Shown: in pieces, positions 10,271 through 19,590 of the stretch | How positions within the stretch are numbered: position 1 is the stretch's first letter | How the letters are laid out: each line of letters starts with the position of its first letter | IMG/VR virus record: IMGVR_UViG_3300029288_000139 | Span: 19,534-83,533 of that record | Reading direction: 5' to 3' (one strand) | Length of the DNA stretch: 64,000 bases | Origin: a virus | Taxonomy: Duplodnaviria > Caudoviricetes | Translations under genes and position numbers: made by a program | The notes under the pieces: model-generated | Told to the model about the DNA's origin: nothing | The model's input: only the letters and a program-made list of their open reading frames with translations | Database searches by the model: none

Positions 10271-13200
10271 TTATTTACTCACTTTTTTGATCGTTAAAAT
10301 AGTTGACGGGGTAGCTGGTCTTGTCGGACTTACTTGTGCAGCTACCGCCAAAATCCTATCATTTGTGCTACTCCCCACCCAGAACATTTCTATTTCGTCT
10401 CCTACAATTAAATCCAAAATAATATCAGCGATACTAATAACCACATTGCTTGCTGTCGCTATTTGGACTCTCGTATTCGACCTGTCTACGTCTACTCCGT
10501 TTTTCCTAAACCAAATATCTACTGTTGTTCCATTCCCTGAAGTACAATCGCAAAGAGTAGAAAAGATAAATCCATAAGTCCCTGCTGTCCCAATAGTAAA
10601 AATAGAGATATTGGTTGCGGTATGAGTTCCGCTTTGAGTATCGGAAGTATTGATTGCAGCTCCTTGAGGAGTCGCTGAAACCTGAAAACTATCCACTCCA
10701 AATCCAGCAGAGATTACATAGTATCTGGTTCCTGCCGTGAGACCTGTCGGCAAAGCTCCGTCAGTAGTAAAGACTACTTCACTGTCTACATTTAACCCAT
10801 GCCCTGTCCAGCTTATTACTGCTGGAGAAGCTATGCTGATTGTAACCTCTCCTGATTTTCCATGAGTGATATGAGTATCAGATATTTCTTCTGTGTCAAA
10901 TGTCATTGCCCAAGGAACCGTTGTAGAAGTAATTGTTTGCGTCGTGCTATCGGAATATACAGCATGGATAGTCCCTATGTCCGCTAAAGTAGCCGTAACT
11001 GTATCGAATGTCGGAGAGCCATCGCTATGTAACTCTTCTAATTGAGCGTTAACATCAGTCAAAGCATCATAATCAATTTTATCTAAATGATAGTAACTTT
11101 CAGGAGAACCTCCTCCTCCTTCTAATCCTAATAAATCGTTATGTGTAAAATCTTCTGATGACTGATCTCCTGTATTTACTCCACTTGTATTTTGAACGAC
11201 TACGTGTTCAGCGGAAGTCAGATGATAATACTCTTCCGGAGAAACAGAACCACCTTGTAAATTTCCTATTAAATTATGATCTAACTCCGTTTCATCAACT
11301 AAAACTCTACCTTCTTCATTAATATCTATTCCATTTCCAATAAGAACTACAATTTCTCCCTCAGCTAATCCTAAACCACCTCCTAAAGGAACTGAAACAA
11401 CTCCTTCTCCAGTAATAGTTAAACCAGTCCCTATCTGGACAAGTCCTAAACTAGATTCAGAAGCTACAGAAGTCGCATTTAAATATTGTTCTGCAGTTAA
11501 ATGATAATATTCTTCAGGAGAAGAACTTCCACCTTGCAATCCATGAAGGTTATTATGAGAAAGAATAGCCTCTGTTTCTGCTAAAGATTTTCTACTCCAA
11601 TATAAATCTCCACTTGCAATCCCATCACCAACTCTAATACTTGGTAACACATATCCTTCTGTACTTTCACAAGCTTCAAATTGGAAAAAAGGTACTACAA
11701 AAGCATTCACAGGAGTATCAAAAGTACTTACAAGAGTACCATTCTTATAAAATGACACAGACCCATTAATTGAATCAAATTCTATTTTCCACGTAGTATC
11801 ATTATAATCATTATCACAAATTTTATACATCACAAAAGATGGATTAAATGTCCAGATACCATCCTGACACCAAAATATATCTAATAAATAACTACTATCA
11901 AATGCCCAATACATCCTAAAATCAGCTGAATTCTCATGATCATCCAAAGATATAAACTCAGTTCTAATTTCAAGAGTTGCTGTAAGACCAGCAAAAGTTA
12001 TAGAAGGATTTGGAAGTAAAGCACCACTATCTCCTATATTATTAAAGTAAAACCCCCCGCCGGCCAAACTCCATACATTATTATCATAAGTCCATCCAGA
12101 TAAAGAAGTACAATCATCATCTATTAAATTATAATCAACACTACCTCCAGCACCAACTAAAAAATCATAATTATCTACAGGTTCAGGTATAGAACTTAAA
12201 AAAGTATACTCAGACTGAGTTAAATGATAATATTCTTCAGGAGAAGCACTCCCGCCTTGAAGATTAATTAATCCATTATGATCATATACTCCCAAATTAT
12301 CATATTGATCTTTTGTTAAATGATAAAATTCTTCGGGAAAAACTGACCCTCCTTGTAATCCTGATAAAGTATTATGCTCCCCAGTCCCTAAATTATTATA
12401 TTGATCTAGAGTTAAATGATAAAATTCATCTAATACTTCAGAACCACCCTGCTTGTGCAAAGTATCATTATGCTCAGGGGTTGAAGCTCCAAATAAATAA
12501 GAAAAAGCTGAATCTACTTCAACTGGGTCATCATTTCTTTTATCTATAATAATTCTTCCCACAAATATTCCAAACGAAACAAAAATAGGAGGAATATTTG
12601 CATATGTCGGAGGAGTAGTTGCTTGTGCATCAGATAATTTATTATAATCATCATTTCCAAAAATATAACCTGCAACAGTTCCAAGAGGATCAGTTGTTGA
12701 CAATTTTCTATAAACCCAAATTACACCATAATTATTTACTAAAGGAGTTTTACCAGAAGCTCCTTGATAACTCTTATTATCATATTCAGAAACTATAGAA
12801 GGAGACCAATTACCACCACCATCCTTAACCCATTCACGAAGAACACAATCTCCTACACCAGTTTCAAACAAATCATAATTAATTCTTGATAATCCATACC
12901 ATCTATTTCCACCAGTTATCTTTATTTTTCTTGTATCAAAAACTGATAACTGAAAAACACCATCTTCAACACCATTTGTACCTGCAAATAAAAATCTTAA
13001 TTTAGTATTACTAGCTACGGCCTTTGCTTGTTCTCCCCAATCAATAATATCAAATGCATTTGGAGAAGTTACAACATTATAACAAATAATAAGTATAGGA
13101 ATAATAGTTGTTCCATTTATAGAAGAATAATCCTCAATACATTGCATAACCGGAGTTCCACCATTATAATTTACAACAATATAATGAGGAATTGGATTAC

Positions 13201-13561
13201 TTGCATCAAACGTCCCTCCATCAACAGTATATGAACGAATAAAACCACCACCATCAACAGAATCATGAAGATGATAAACACCACCATTACCAATAGTTAT
13301 CGTTCCATCATGATTATCAATAACAGAGGGAGAGGTGTAGACACCAGCAGACAGGTAATCATTTACAGCTATCCATCTGGTGTCTCCACCATTAGTGGTA
13401 GATAAAGTCTTGATGTGATCTATTGTCTGACCACTATTTGGTACATAAGCATAGTGATGACCAGTTTCTTCCACATAACATTTTTCTCTTGGTCTCCCAT
13501 GAGATTCAGCATCACTTACTGTATCAAAATACAAATTTTTTATCTGGTTTTGATTTAACAT
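10271..13561 (-). CDS. Large fibre-like virion protein with HNxL..LQGG..YYHLT repeats
   Basis: Six LQGG/YHL repeats and modules shared with 19591..21327; lies between capsid and neck genes. Confidence 0.6.
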   Translation of the reverse strand: MLNQNQIKNLYFDTVSDAESHGRPREKCYVEETGHHYAYVPNSGQTIDHIKTLSTTNGGDTRWIAVNDYLSAGVYTSPSVIDNHDGTITIGNGGVYHLHDSVDGGGFIRSYTVDGGTFDASNPIPHYIVVNYNGGTPVMQCIEDYSSINGTTIIPILIICYNVVTSPNAFDIIDWGEQAKAVASNTKLRFLFAGTNGVEDGVFQLSVFDTRKIKITGGNRWYGLSRINYDLFETGVGDCVLREWVKDGGGNWSPSIVSEYDNKSYQGASGKTPLVNNYGVIWVYRKLSTTDPLGTVAGYIFGNDDYNKLSDAQATTPPTYANIPPIFVSFGIFVGRIIIDKRNDDPVEVDSAFSYLFGASTPEHNDTLHKQGGSEVLDEFYHLTLDQYNNLGTGEHNTLSGLQGGSVFPEEFYHLTKDQYDNLGVYDHNGLINLQGGSASPEEYYHLTQSEYTFLSSIPEPVDNYDFLVGAGGSVDYNLIDDDCTSLSGWTYDNNVWSLAGGGFYFNNIGDSGALLPNPSITFAGLTATLEIRTEFISLDDHENSADFRMYWAFDSSYLLDIFWCQDGIWTFNPSFVMYKICDNDYNDTTWKIEFDSINGSVSFYKNGTLVSTFDTPVNAFVVPFFQFEACESTEGYVLPSIRVGDGIASGDLYWSRKSLAETEAILSHNNLHGLQGGSSSPEEYYHLTAEQYLNATSVASESSLGLVQIGTGLTITGEGVVSVPLGGGLGLAEGEIVVLIGNGIDINEEGRVLVDETELDHNLIGNLQGGSVSPEEYYHLTSAEHVVVQNTSGVNTGDQSSEDFTHNDLLGLEGGGGSPESYYHLDKIDYDALTDVNAQLEELHSDGSPTFDTVTATLADIGTIHAVYSDSTTQTITSTTVPWAMTFDTEEISDTHITHGKSGEVTISIASPAVISWTGHGLNVDSEVVFTTDGALPTGLTAGTRYYVISAGFGVDSFQVSATPQGAAINTSDTQSGTHTATNISIFTIGTAGTYGFIFSTLCDCTSGNGTTVDIWFRKNGVDVDRSNTRVQIATASNVVISIADIILDLIVGDEIEMFWVGSSTNDRILAVAAQVSPTRPATPSTILTIKKVSK

Positions 13562-13573
13562 TTTTACCTCTTT

Positions 13574-14497
13574 TTATAGGGCTGGACATTCAACTTCAAA
13601 AACATCTCCAACATCCATAACGTAATTTATACTAAATGATCCAGAAGATTCCCATTCAGCTTCAACATTTCTTTGTAATTCAACACCATTTAATCTTATT
13701 TTATAAAGATTATTATTATTCCACAAGTCTTCTGTTACAGGCAGAACTATCGTGCTACCAGAAGGAATAACAGTTGGCGTTGCTCTTCCACTTCCAGACC
13801 CATTTCCAGTTGTTATTGTTACAACTTCCCCACTAGCATAAGCAACAGTAACGACATAAGAACTTACCAAAGAAGTTACATTCTTTGGCTCCACTACCAT
13901 TTCTTCACTTCTTCCACCTTCCATCAACACATCAGGTTGCTGACTTTCAATATAAACTTTATTCACACAAAAGTCAATTGTCTCTGATATTGCAGTCAAT
14001 GTAAGAGTTCCATCTCCCGCAACATAAACAAAGGAAATCTGAGTATTTTCTGCACCACTTGCTCCAATTGCAGCACCTTCAGAAGATCCACTTGCACATT
14101 GAATTAATCCATAAACTGTAAATTCTTCACCACCCACATTACAAGTAATTTCATTGTGAGTAAAAGAATCTCTTATAGGAACTAAATTGAGAATGTTCCC
14201 AACAGAATCTGAATAATTCGCTGTAGAAGCTCCTAAAGGACCAGCCAATAAAGCTGCACAAACACCTTGATTCGTTGTTAATGTTACAGGAGGAGTCGCA
14301 GTAAGAACGGCTAATCTGACTCCTGGTAAGTGAGTAGTAGAGTCAATTCTTGCAAATTGTTCAGCACTCACAGATACAGACTGGACTTCTTTCCAAGGGA
14401 AAGCCAAAACTCTTTTTCTATTCATATACTGATCAAGAGTCGTCCATGTTCCAGCAGAATTAGGTCTTAAAATATTAACCTGCCTAGCATTAATCAT
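13574..14497 (-). CDS. Hypothetical virion protein
   Basis: C-terminal LNGVEL...WESSGSFSINYVMDVGD module is paralogous to the C-terminus of 14494..14829. Confidence 0.5.
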   Translation of the reverse strand: MINARQVNILRPNSAGTWTTLDQYMNRKRVLAFPWKEVQSVSVSAEQFARIDSTTHLPGVRLAVLTATPPVTLTTNQGVCAALLAGPLGASTANYSDSVGNILNLVPIRDSFTHNEITCNVGGEEFTVYGLIQCASGSSEGAAIGASGAENTQISFVYVAGDGTLTLTAISETIDFCVNKVYIESQQPDVLMEGGRSEEMVVEPKNVTSLVSSYVVTVAYASGEVVTITTGNGSGSGRATPTVIPSGSTIVLPVTEDLWNNNNLYKIRLNGVELQRNVEAEWESSGSFSINYVMDVGDVFEVECPAL

Positions 14498-14829
14498 ATT
14501 AATCCTCCTAAAATTATAATTTCGTCTCCATTATCAACAGTTAAATTTAGCTCAAAACTAACAGACGAAAGCCAAACGACCTCAGTTCCTTTAACAAGAT
14601 AAACACCATTTAGATAAATACTTGATTCAGGACTGGTGTTAAATTCTGCAGCATCAGAAAGTATATATCCATCTGCTCCAGACTTTGTGTAATTCGGACC
14701 ACCACTTGTCGTTGAATAAGTAGAACCTGAAGGTATCTGTCCTGTCATAGCTAACTTGGTTATGGTCTTAGCTATTGGCAAATCATCTATATAGGTTTTT
14801 ATTGCTAATCCCGTATATCGTCTGTTCAT
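14494..14829 (-). CDS. Hypothetical virion protein
   Basis: YLNGVYL...WLSSVSFELNLTVDNGD module; overlaps the neighbouring gene. Confidence 0.5.
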   Translation of the reverse strand: MNRRYTGLAIKTYIDDLPIAKTITKLAMTGQIPSGSTYSTTSGGPNYTKSGADGYILSDAAEFNTSPESSIYLNGVYLVKGTEVVWLSSVSFELNLTVDNGDEIIILGGLI

Positions 14830-14845
14830 AATTATACCATCATTT

Positions 14846-15295
14846 CTACTTTCTTCGTCTTATTTTTTTTATAACAGGAGCTTTTTCCACTTCCACAGGC
14901 CATCCTTCTGGAGGAGGTATTTCTTCCTGTTCCTCCGGACTGTTATTTTCAGAAGAAGGAGCATTCTCAGGAATTTCTATTTCAAACTTTTCTTCCTCTG
15001 AAATAACTTCTTCTTTTGAAATTTTAGTCGGAACAGCTTCTTTTGCGTCTGCCTCTTTCTGAACAGGCTTTGGAACTGGCTTAGGCTCTGTTACTTTCTT
15101 AGGAAGTACATTTCCTGACGGTTTTAAAGTCCGAACAGAGCTGGCAATATCTTTAATAACAATATCACCAGCTATGATCAGACCTTTTATAAACCAATCA
15201 GAAAAGAATTTGTCTTCCACCAAATGCTCTCCTGGTTTCAAAATTGTTTTTGTTCCCGGAAGTTGTATCGTCCTCTTTAATTCAATCTTCTTCAT
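14846..15295 (-). CDS. Hypothetical protein with Pro/Glu/Lys-rich tail, downstream of the major capsid gene
   Basis: ORF with AGGAGAGG RBS. Confidence 0.55.
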   Translation of the reverse strand: MKKIELKRTIQLPGTKTILKPGEHLVEDKFFSDWFIKGLIIAGDIVIKDIASSVRTLKPSGNVLPKKVTEPKPVPKPVQKEADAKEAVPTKISKEEVISEEEKFEIEIPENAPSSENNSPEEQEEIPPPEGWPVEVEKAPVIKKIRRRK

Positions 15296-15328
15296 AATGT
15301 TACCTCTCCTTTTTTATAATGTTAAAGA

Positions 15329-16303
15329 TTAAATGCCATCGGCATAATACATCGTTTCCGGATACACGATTTCAACTACACCAAGACGACCGAAATAAGT
15401 CGTCAAATGGTAAATCGAACGATACTCCAACGGAGTTCTCTGCAATGGAACCAACGGATAACGAACACGATTCTTGTCCTGAGTATAAACAATCATACGA
15501 TCAGTTGCTACTGCAGGAGAACCAGCCGGAGTTCCTCTTCCTACCAACCATTTGCAAGGCTGAATATCAAGTTTCTTACCATTGATCTTCAGAGCAATAC
15601 AATTATCTTCCAAGAAGGACAGAATGCTTATGTTGCCTGCATCAGAAACTTTTTGAGAAGTAATATAGGCAAACTGTGCCGGAGGAAGAAGAAGTTTGGA
15701 GGGACACACTGCGTATGCTGCTGCCGCCCAACATGCCTGGATAAGACTGTTAACATCTTCCAGAATTTCATCAGGCGTTTTTTCTGTCCACAGAGTACTA
15801 CCAGCAGCACCAGTCGCAACTGAGGCAGAGGTAACATTGGGATTATTCAGCATTCCATATCTGGAAAGAATATCATCCCCAATATATACCATTTCATCAA
15901 CATCCATCTGGTATTTAATCTGCATGGCCTGATATTTCTGAGCATCAACCGGACGACCTAACTGCTGAGCAGAAATCAACTCCGGAATGGTGTAAGAAAT
16001 TTCAATGCCCCACAGATACAAAGGTGAACTGGTCTTCCCAATATCAAGAGCAGGACCAGGAATAGCATTGGAATTTTTACCAATCCAGTTTTTACCATTG
16101 GTCTCAGGGGCACCAGCAGTCGCAAAAGAGCTGTTGGTGAAACTGGAAACTTCATCAGCGATGCTAACATCTTCTCTTAAATCAATATCACGACCCCACG
16201 TGACATTGTAAAGGGGTTCATGCAGATTCTGGTCTAATCTTTCAAGCTCTCCAATCAGGAAAGCACCCGTACTATCAATTGTATATTTGTCGTATGTCAA
16301 CAT
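15329..16303 (-). CDS. Major capsid protein (DUF2184 / encapsulin-like HK97 fold)
   Basis: MLTYD...GAFLIGELERLDQ, TWGRDIDLREDV, DRMIVY and GRLGVVE motifs; strong codon bias. Confidence 0.92.
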   Translation of the reverse strand: MLTYDKYTIDSTGAFLIGELERLDQNLHEPLYNVTWGRDIDLREDVSIADEVSSFTNSSFATAGAPETNGKNWIGKNSNAIPGPALDIGKTSSPLYLWGIEISYTIPELISAQQLGRPVDAQKYQAMQIKYQMDVDEMVYIGDDILSRYGMLNNPNVTSASVATGAAGSTLWTEKTPDEILEDVNSLIQACWAAAAYAVCPSKLLLPPAQFAYITSQKVSDAGNISILSFLEDNCIALKINGKKLDIQPCKWLVGRGTPAGSPAVATDRMIVYTQDKNRVRYPLVPLQRTPLEYRSIYHLTTYFGRLGVVEIVYPETMYYADGI

Positions 16304-16336
16304 ATTTTATAACCTCCGTTTAATTTATTTTGTTAA

Positions 16337-16798
16337 TTAAATATTAAAAGAAATTTCAACATTACCATTATCGTCAGCTGCACCTTCAAATTTAGCTCCC
16401 GTCACAGCAGTAGCTCCTGTAGCATCAGCCTGAATCAATCCAGTTGTGTTATTGACATAAACCGCTCCATCGATAGCTGGAGTTCCCAACGTATTCAGAA
16501 CAGTCATATAACCAGAACGGAGAATATCACAGGTCTGATTAACTGAAGGAGTTCCACCACCCAAACTCTGATTGGTAATATTTTCCATCTGAGTCGGATA
16601 AGGACGGACCAGAAATCCAAGGATTGTACCGGAACCAGCGTAAGGCTGAATCTTACCAGCAACTTTAACAACCGGAACACCATAAACGGTAACCGGAGTA
16701 TCAGGATCCATAACATTGGGTTCAATTTTCGCAACTTCCAACCGTGTCACCGCACCAGCAATTCCAGCCGGCATTCTATACAAAAACGCATTACTCAT
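16337..16798 (-). CDS. Capsid decoration / cement protein
   Basis: FLYRMPAGIAGAVTR, GFLVRPYP and GNVEISFNI motifs; between scaffold and major capsid genes. Confidence 0.8.
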   Translation of the reverse strand: MSNAFLYRMPAGIAGAVTRLEVAKIEPNVMDPDTPVTVYGVPVVKVAGKIQPYAGSGTILGFLVRPYPTQMENITNQSLGGGTPSVNQTCDILRSGYMTVLNTLGTPAIDGAVYVNNTTGLIQADATGATAVTGAKFEGAADDNGNVEISFNI

Positions 16799-16828
16799 AA
16801 TTTTATCCTCCTATAAATTTGTTTATTT

Positions 16829-18304
16829 TTACTTTCTTTTCCAAAACTCTTTGTTTTTCTGATTGATGTCTCTGATAGAAGAAACACTTTCAGCAGTATT
16901 TGAAATGACAGAATCTTTTACGAATCTGTTATTTCTATCTTTGACTGAATTTGTTACAGCAACAAAGGCAATACCCAATGAAGTTCTGTCAAGCTTATCA
17001 ATATCCGTTTTCTTGATGATCGAACCAACGACATCAGCATCAGAAGTAAATGCAGCCTTCAAAGCTTTTCTCTTAATCTTGTCTAAAGAATTCAAGTGAT
17101 CTTTTGTAGGCTTAGAAATTCTGATGCCAGGACAAAGCAAGTCCGCTCTATAAGCCACATCATGAAACATTGAATCTGCTGTCATTGCTTCTTCTTTTTC
17201 CCGCTCTTCCTTCTCATCAGGATCTTCATCTTCTGTTTCGTCTTCTTTTTTCTTTTCAATCTCTTCATTTTCAGAATTAACCACAAAAGACTTTCTGATT
17301 AAAGAACCTCCCAAAGGACTCAAAGCTCCTGTTCCTTCAGCATCATTTTCAAAAGCTTTGTTCTCTTTTTCAAGAACTTCTTCTGTGTTAACTGTATCAG
17401 CATCTCCTGCAACTCCAGAAGCAGACTTTACAAAAGCTTCAATAATACCTATCAGTCTATTGATATTGTTATTTAACATTCCAATAGTTACTTCTGACTC
17501 TGAAACTCCCTGATTAACAGGCTCCTTAGCAATTTCTTCTCCTTCCTTAGGTATTATGGCTTCTTCAGAAGAAGAATTTCCAGCTTCTTCTTCGATCTGA
17601 TCAGAAGCTACCTCCACTAGCTTATCAGCTTTCTCTTCTTCGGACAACTCTACAAAATCATCATCCTTGATGAGTCTTCGATAGGCTTTTTTCAACTTGT
17701 CTTTAAATTTCATAGCATCTTTTTCCTCCTTATCATTTGTATTATTACAAGTACATTTACCACAATTGGTACACGCCTTATCTCCTATTGCACACCTATG
17801 CCCTGCCCTCCCTCTCATTACTAAAGCAATATGATTACCAATTATATTTTTTTGGATACCTATTCCAGTTTCCAACTGTTCATAATCAGCATCATACCCA
17901 CAAGAAATTTCTCTCATACCATTTTTAACCAATTCAATAGCCTTCTTAGTTGTCACAACAATATCTCCAATAAGAAGATCTAATTTTTCTCGTGCTCCCC
18001 TTCTTACATTGGTTAAAAAACCATGAGCTAAATCTCCCCAATTTTCAGGGGTGACTATTTCATCTGGGTGGTCAATTGTGAATGGTTTCCCTTCAAAAGA
18101 TGAGATTGCTTCTGGTTTGAAAACCTCATCCTCTGTTCTTTTGATAAGAACCAATCCATCACGATTAGGTTCTATAGGAACTTCGTCTCCTTTATATGTT
18201 TGTTCCCCAATCTTTGCAATGGGAACATCATAACAAATTAAAAACCCTTCTGGAGTCTCTCCAATATGTTCGCTTATCTTTTCTGCAACATAAAATCTTT
18301 TCAT
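16829..18304 (-). CDS. DUF2213 prohead protease / scaffold
   Basis: TPEGFLIC, EGKPFTIDHP, REISCGYDA and GNHIALV..GRAG..CAIGD motifs; acidic scaffold region. Confidence 0.88.
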   Translation of the reverse strand: MKRFYVAEKISEHIGETPEGFLICYDVPIAKIGEQTYKGDEVPIEPNRDGLVLIKRTEDEVFKPEAISSFEGKPFTIDHPDEIVTPENWGDLAHGFLTNVRRGAREKLDLLIGDIVVTTKKAIELVKNGMREISCGYDADYEQLETGIGIQKNIIGNHIALVMRGRAGHRCAIGDKACTNCGKCTCNNTNDKEEKDAMKFKDKLKKAYRRLIKDDDFVELSEEEKADKLVEVASDQIEEEAGNSSSEEAIIPKEGEEIAKEPVNQGVSESEVTIGMLNNNINRLIGIIEAFVKSASGVAGDADTVNTEEVLEKENKAFENDAEGTGALSPLGGSLIRKSFVVNSENEEIEKKKEDETEDEDPDEKEEREKEEAMTADSMFHDVAYRADLLCPGIRISKPTKDHLNSLDKIKRKALKAAFTSDADVVGSIIKKTDIDKLDRTSLGIAFVAVTNSVKDRNNRFVKDSVISNTAESVSSIRDINQKNKEFWKRK

Positions 18305-18315
18305 ATTTTCAATCC

Positions 18316-19587
18316 TTACATCACAACTATCATTTGTGGTTTAAATGATGAAACAGGCGGAACTGGTGTTTCTGTCGCACTAATTAACGCTCCTGCCGTT
18401 CCATTCTCCCTGCCATATCCAGTGGGGCCTGCTGGAGCCTTTAAAACATAATAAGTGAAACTAACTATATCACTTGTAGGAAGAAGTGTAGTATCACATC
18501 CATATACAATTTGCATACCACCACCCAAATCAATAGTATACTCACCACTTACAGAGCAGTCAAAGGGGATGGAATTAATTGTAACAACTTTAGTCGTTGC
18601 GTTCCATGAACTCCCCTCCACAGGATCTATGCCATAAGGTAGGCCTAACTCTTCTGTCATCGATACGAGCCAAAATCCAGCTAAACCAAAACCATCATAA
18701 CTAACTGAATCACCTATCTGAACATCATTAGGACTTGGTGTATCAGTAAGAGACCCCTGATTCCAAGTTGATTGAATGGTTACTTTATTTAATCCAACTC
18801 CAGCAATACTCCCTGTTCCATCACATTGCTGTGCGCCTACTGATGTTACGTTGGTTAATGAAGCAGTTGAATCATTGGCATTAAAATCATATCCTTTACT
18901 CCAGACCGTACAACAATTTAACTTTCCAGAAGTTATGGTTGGATGGTATAACTCTGTAAGATGAGTAAGTGTTAAGTTTTCAACCTTCCCTCCAGTAAGT
19001 CGAAATTTATTCATTAATAAATGGTCTCTCATACCTAACAGTCGAACAGAAGATGAAACGTCTACATGATCACCAATCCATGATAAGTCTTCATCAATTA
19101 TTGATTCATAGACAAGAACAACACACTCTGTTTCAAACGAACCTCCGTAAACAATAGCATAATATGACTGTGTCCATGTTGTAAGGTCTTTCCCAGTACC
19201 CAGTGTAAAATAACCACCTGTATAAGGTGCACCTTCAACTGTTATAGTTCCTGAAAAGGTACTAGAAAGAGTAGCAAATGTAACAGTGTCTCCATAGAAA
19301 ATTTCTTCTGTTACAGAGTCTTTTCCAAAAGCTCTGACAGAATAAGTTATTCCCGGCATACAGCCATACATCGGAGTAGTTTCTGTTGTGTTCTTTATAT
19401 AAGCTCCAACAGCTAAATCGCTTAACACTTTTTGAGTATTAGCGTCATAAACAGGTGTTCCTGTGCCTTTCATCCAACAAAAGCCATATTCACTAAGAGC
19501 ATTGTCTTTTGAAACAAGAGTTCCGTTGAAAGTAAAACCAAACTTTCCTATATTAGTTGGAGCCTGTGTTGTTATTACATTAGCCAT
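18316..19587 (-). CDS. Virion protein with N-terminal FN3-like domain
   Basis: EYGFCW...PGITYSVRAFG...FYGDTVTFAT pattern. Confidence 0.5.
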   Translation of the reverse strand: MANVITTQAPTNIGKFGFTFNGTLVSKDNALSEYGFCWMKGTGTPVYDANTQKVLSDLAVGAYIKNTTETTPMYGCMPGITYSVRAFGKDSVTEEIFYGDTVTFATLSSTFSGTITVEGAPYTGGYFTLGTGKDLTTWTQSYYAIVYGGSFETECVVLVYESIIDEDLSWIGDHVDVSSSVRLLGMRDHLLMNKFRLTGGKVENLTLTHLTELYHPTITSGKLNCCTVWSKGYDFNANDSTASLTNVTSVGAQQCDGTGSIAGVGLNKVTIQSTWNQGSLTDTPSPNDVQIGDSVSYDGFGLAGFWLVSMTEELGLPYGIDPVEGSSWNATTKVVTINSIPFDCSVSGEYTIDLGGGMQIVYGCDTTLLPTSDIVSFTYYVLKAPAGPTGYGRENGTAGALISATETPVPPVSSFKPQMIVVM

Positions 19588-19590
19588 TTA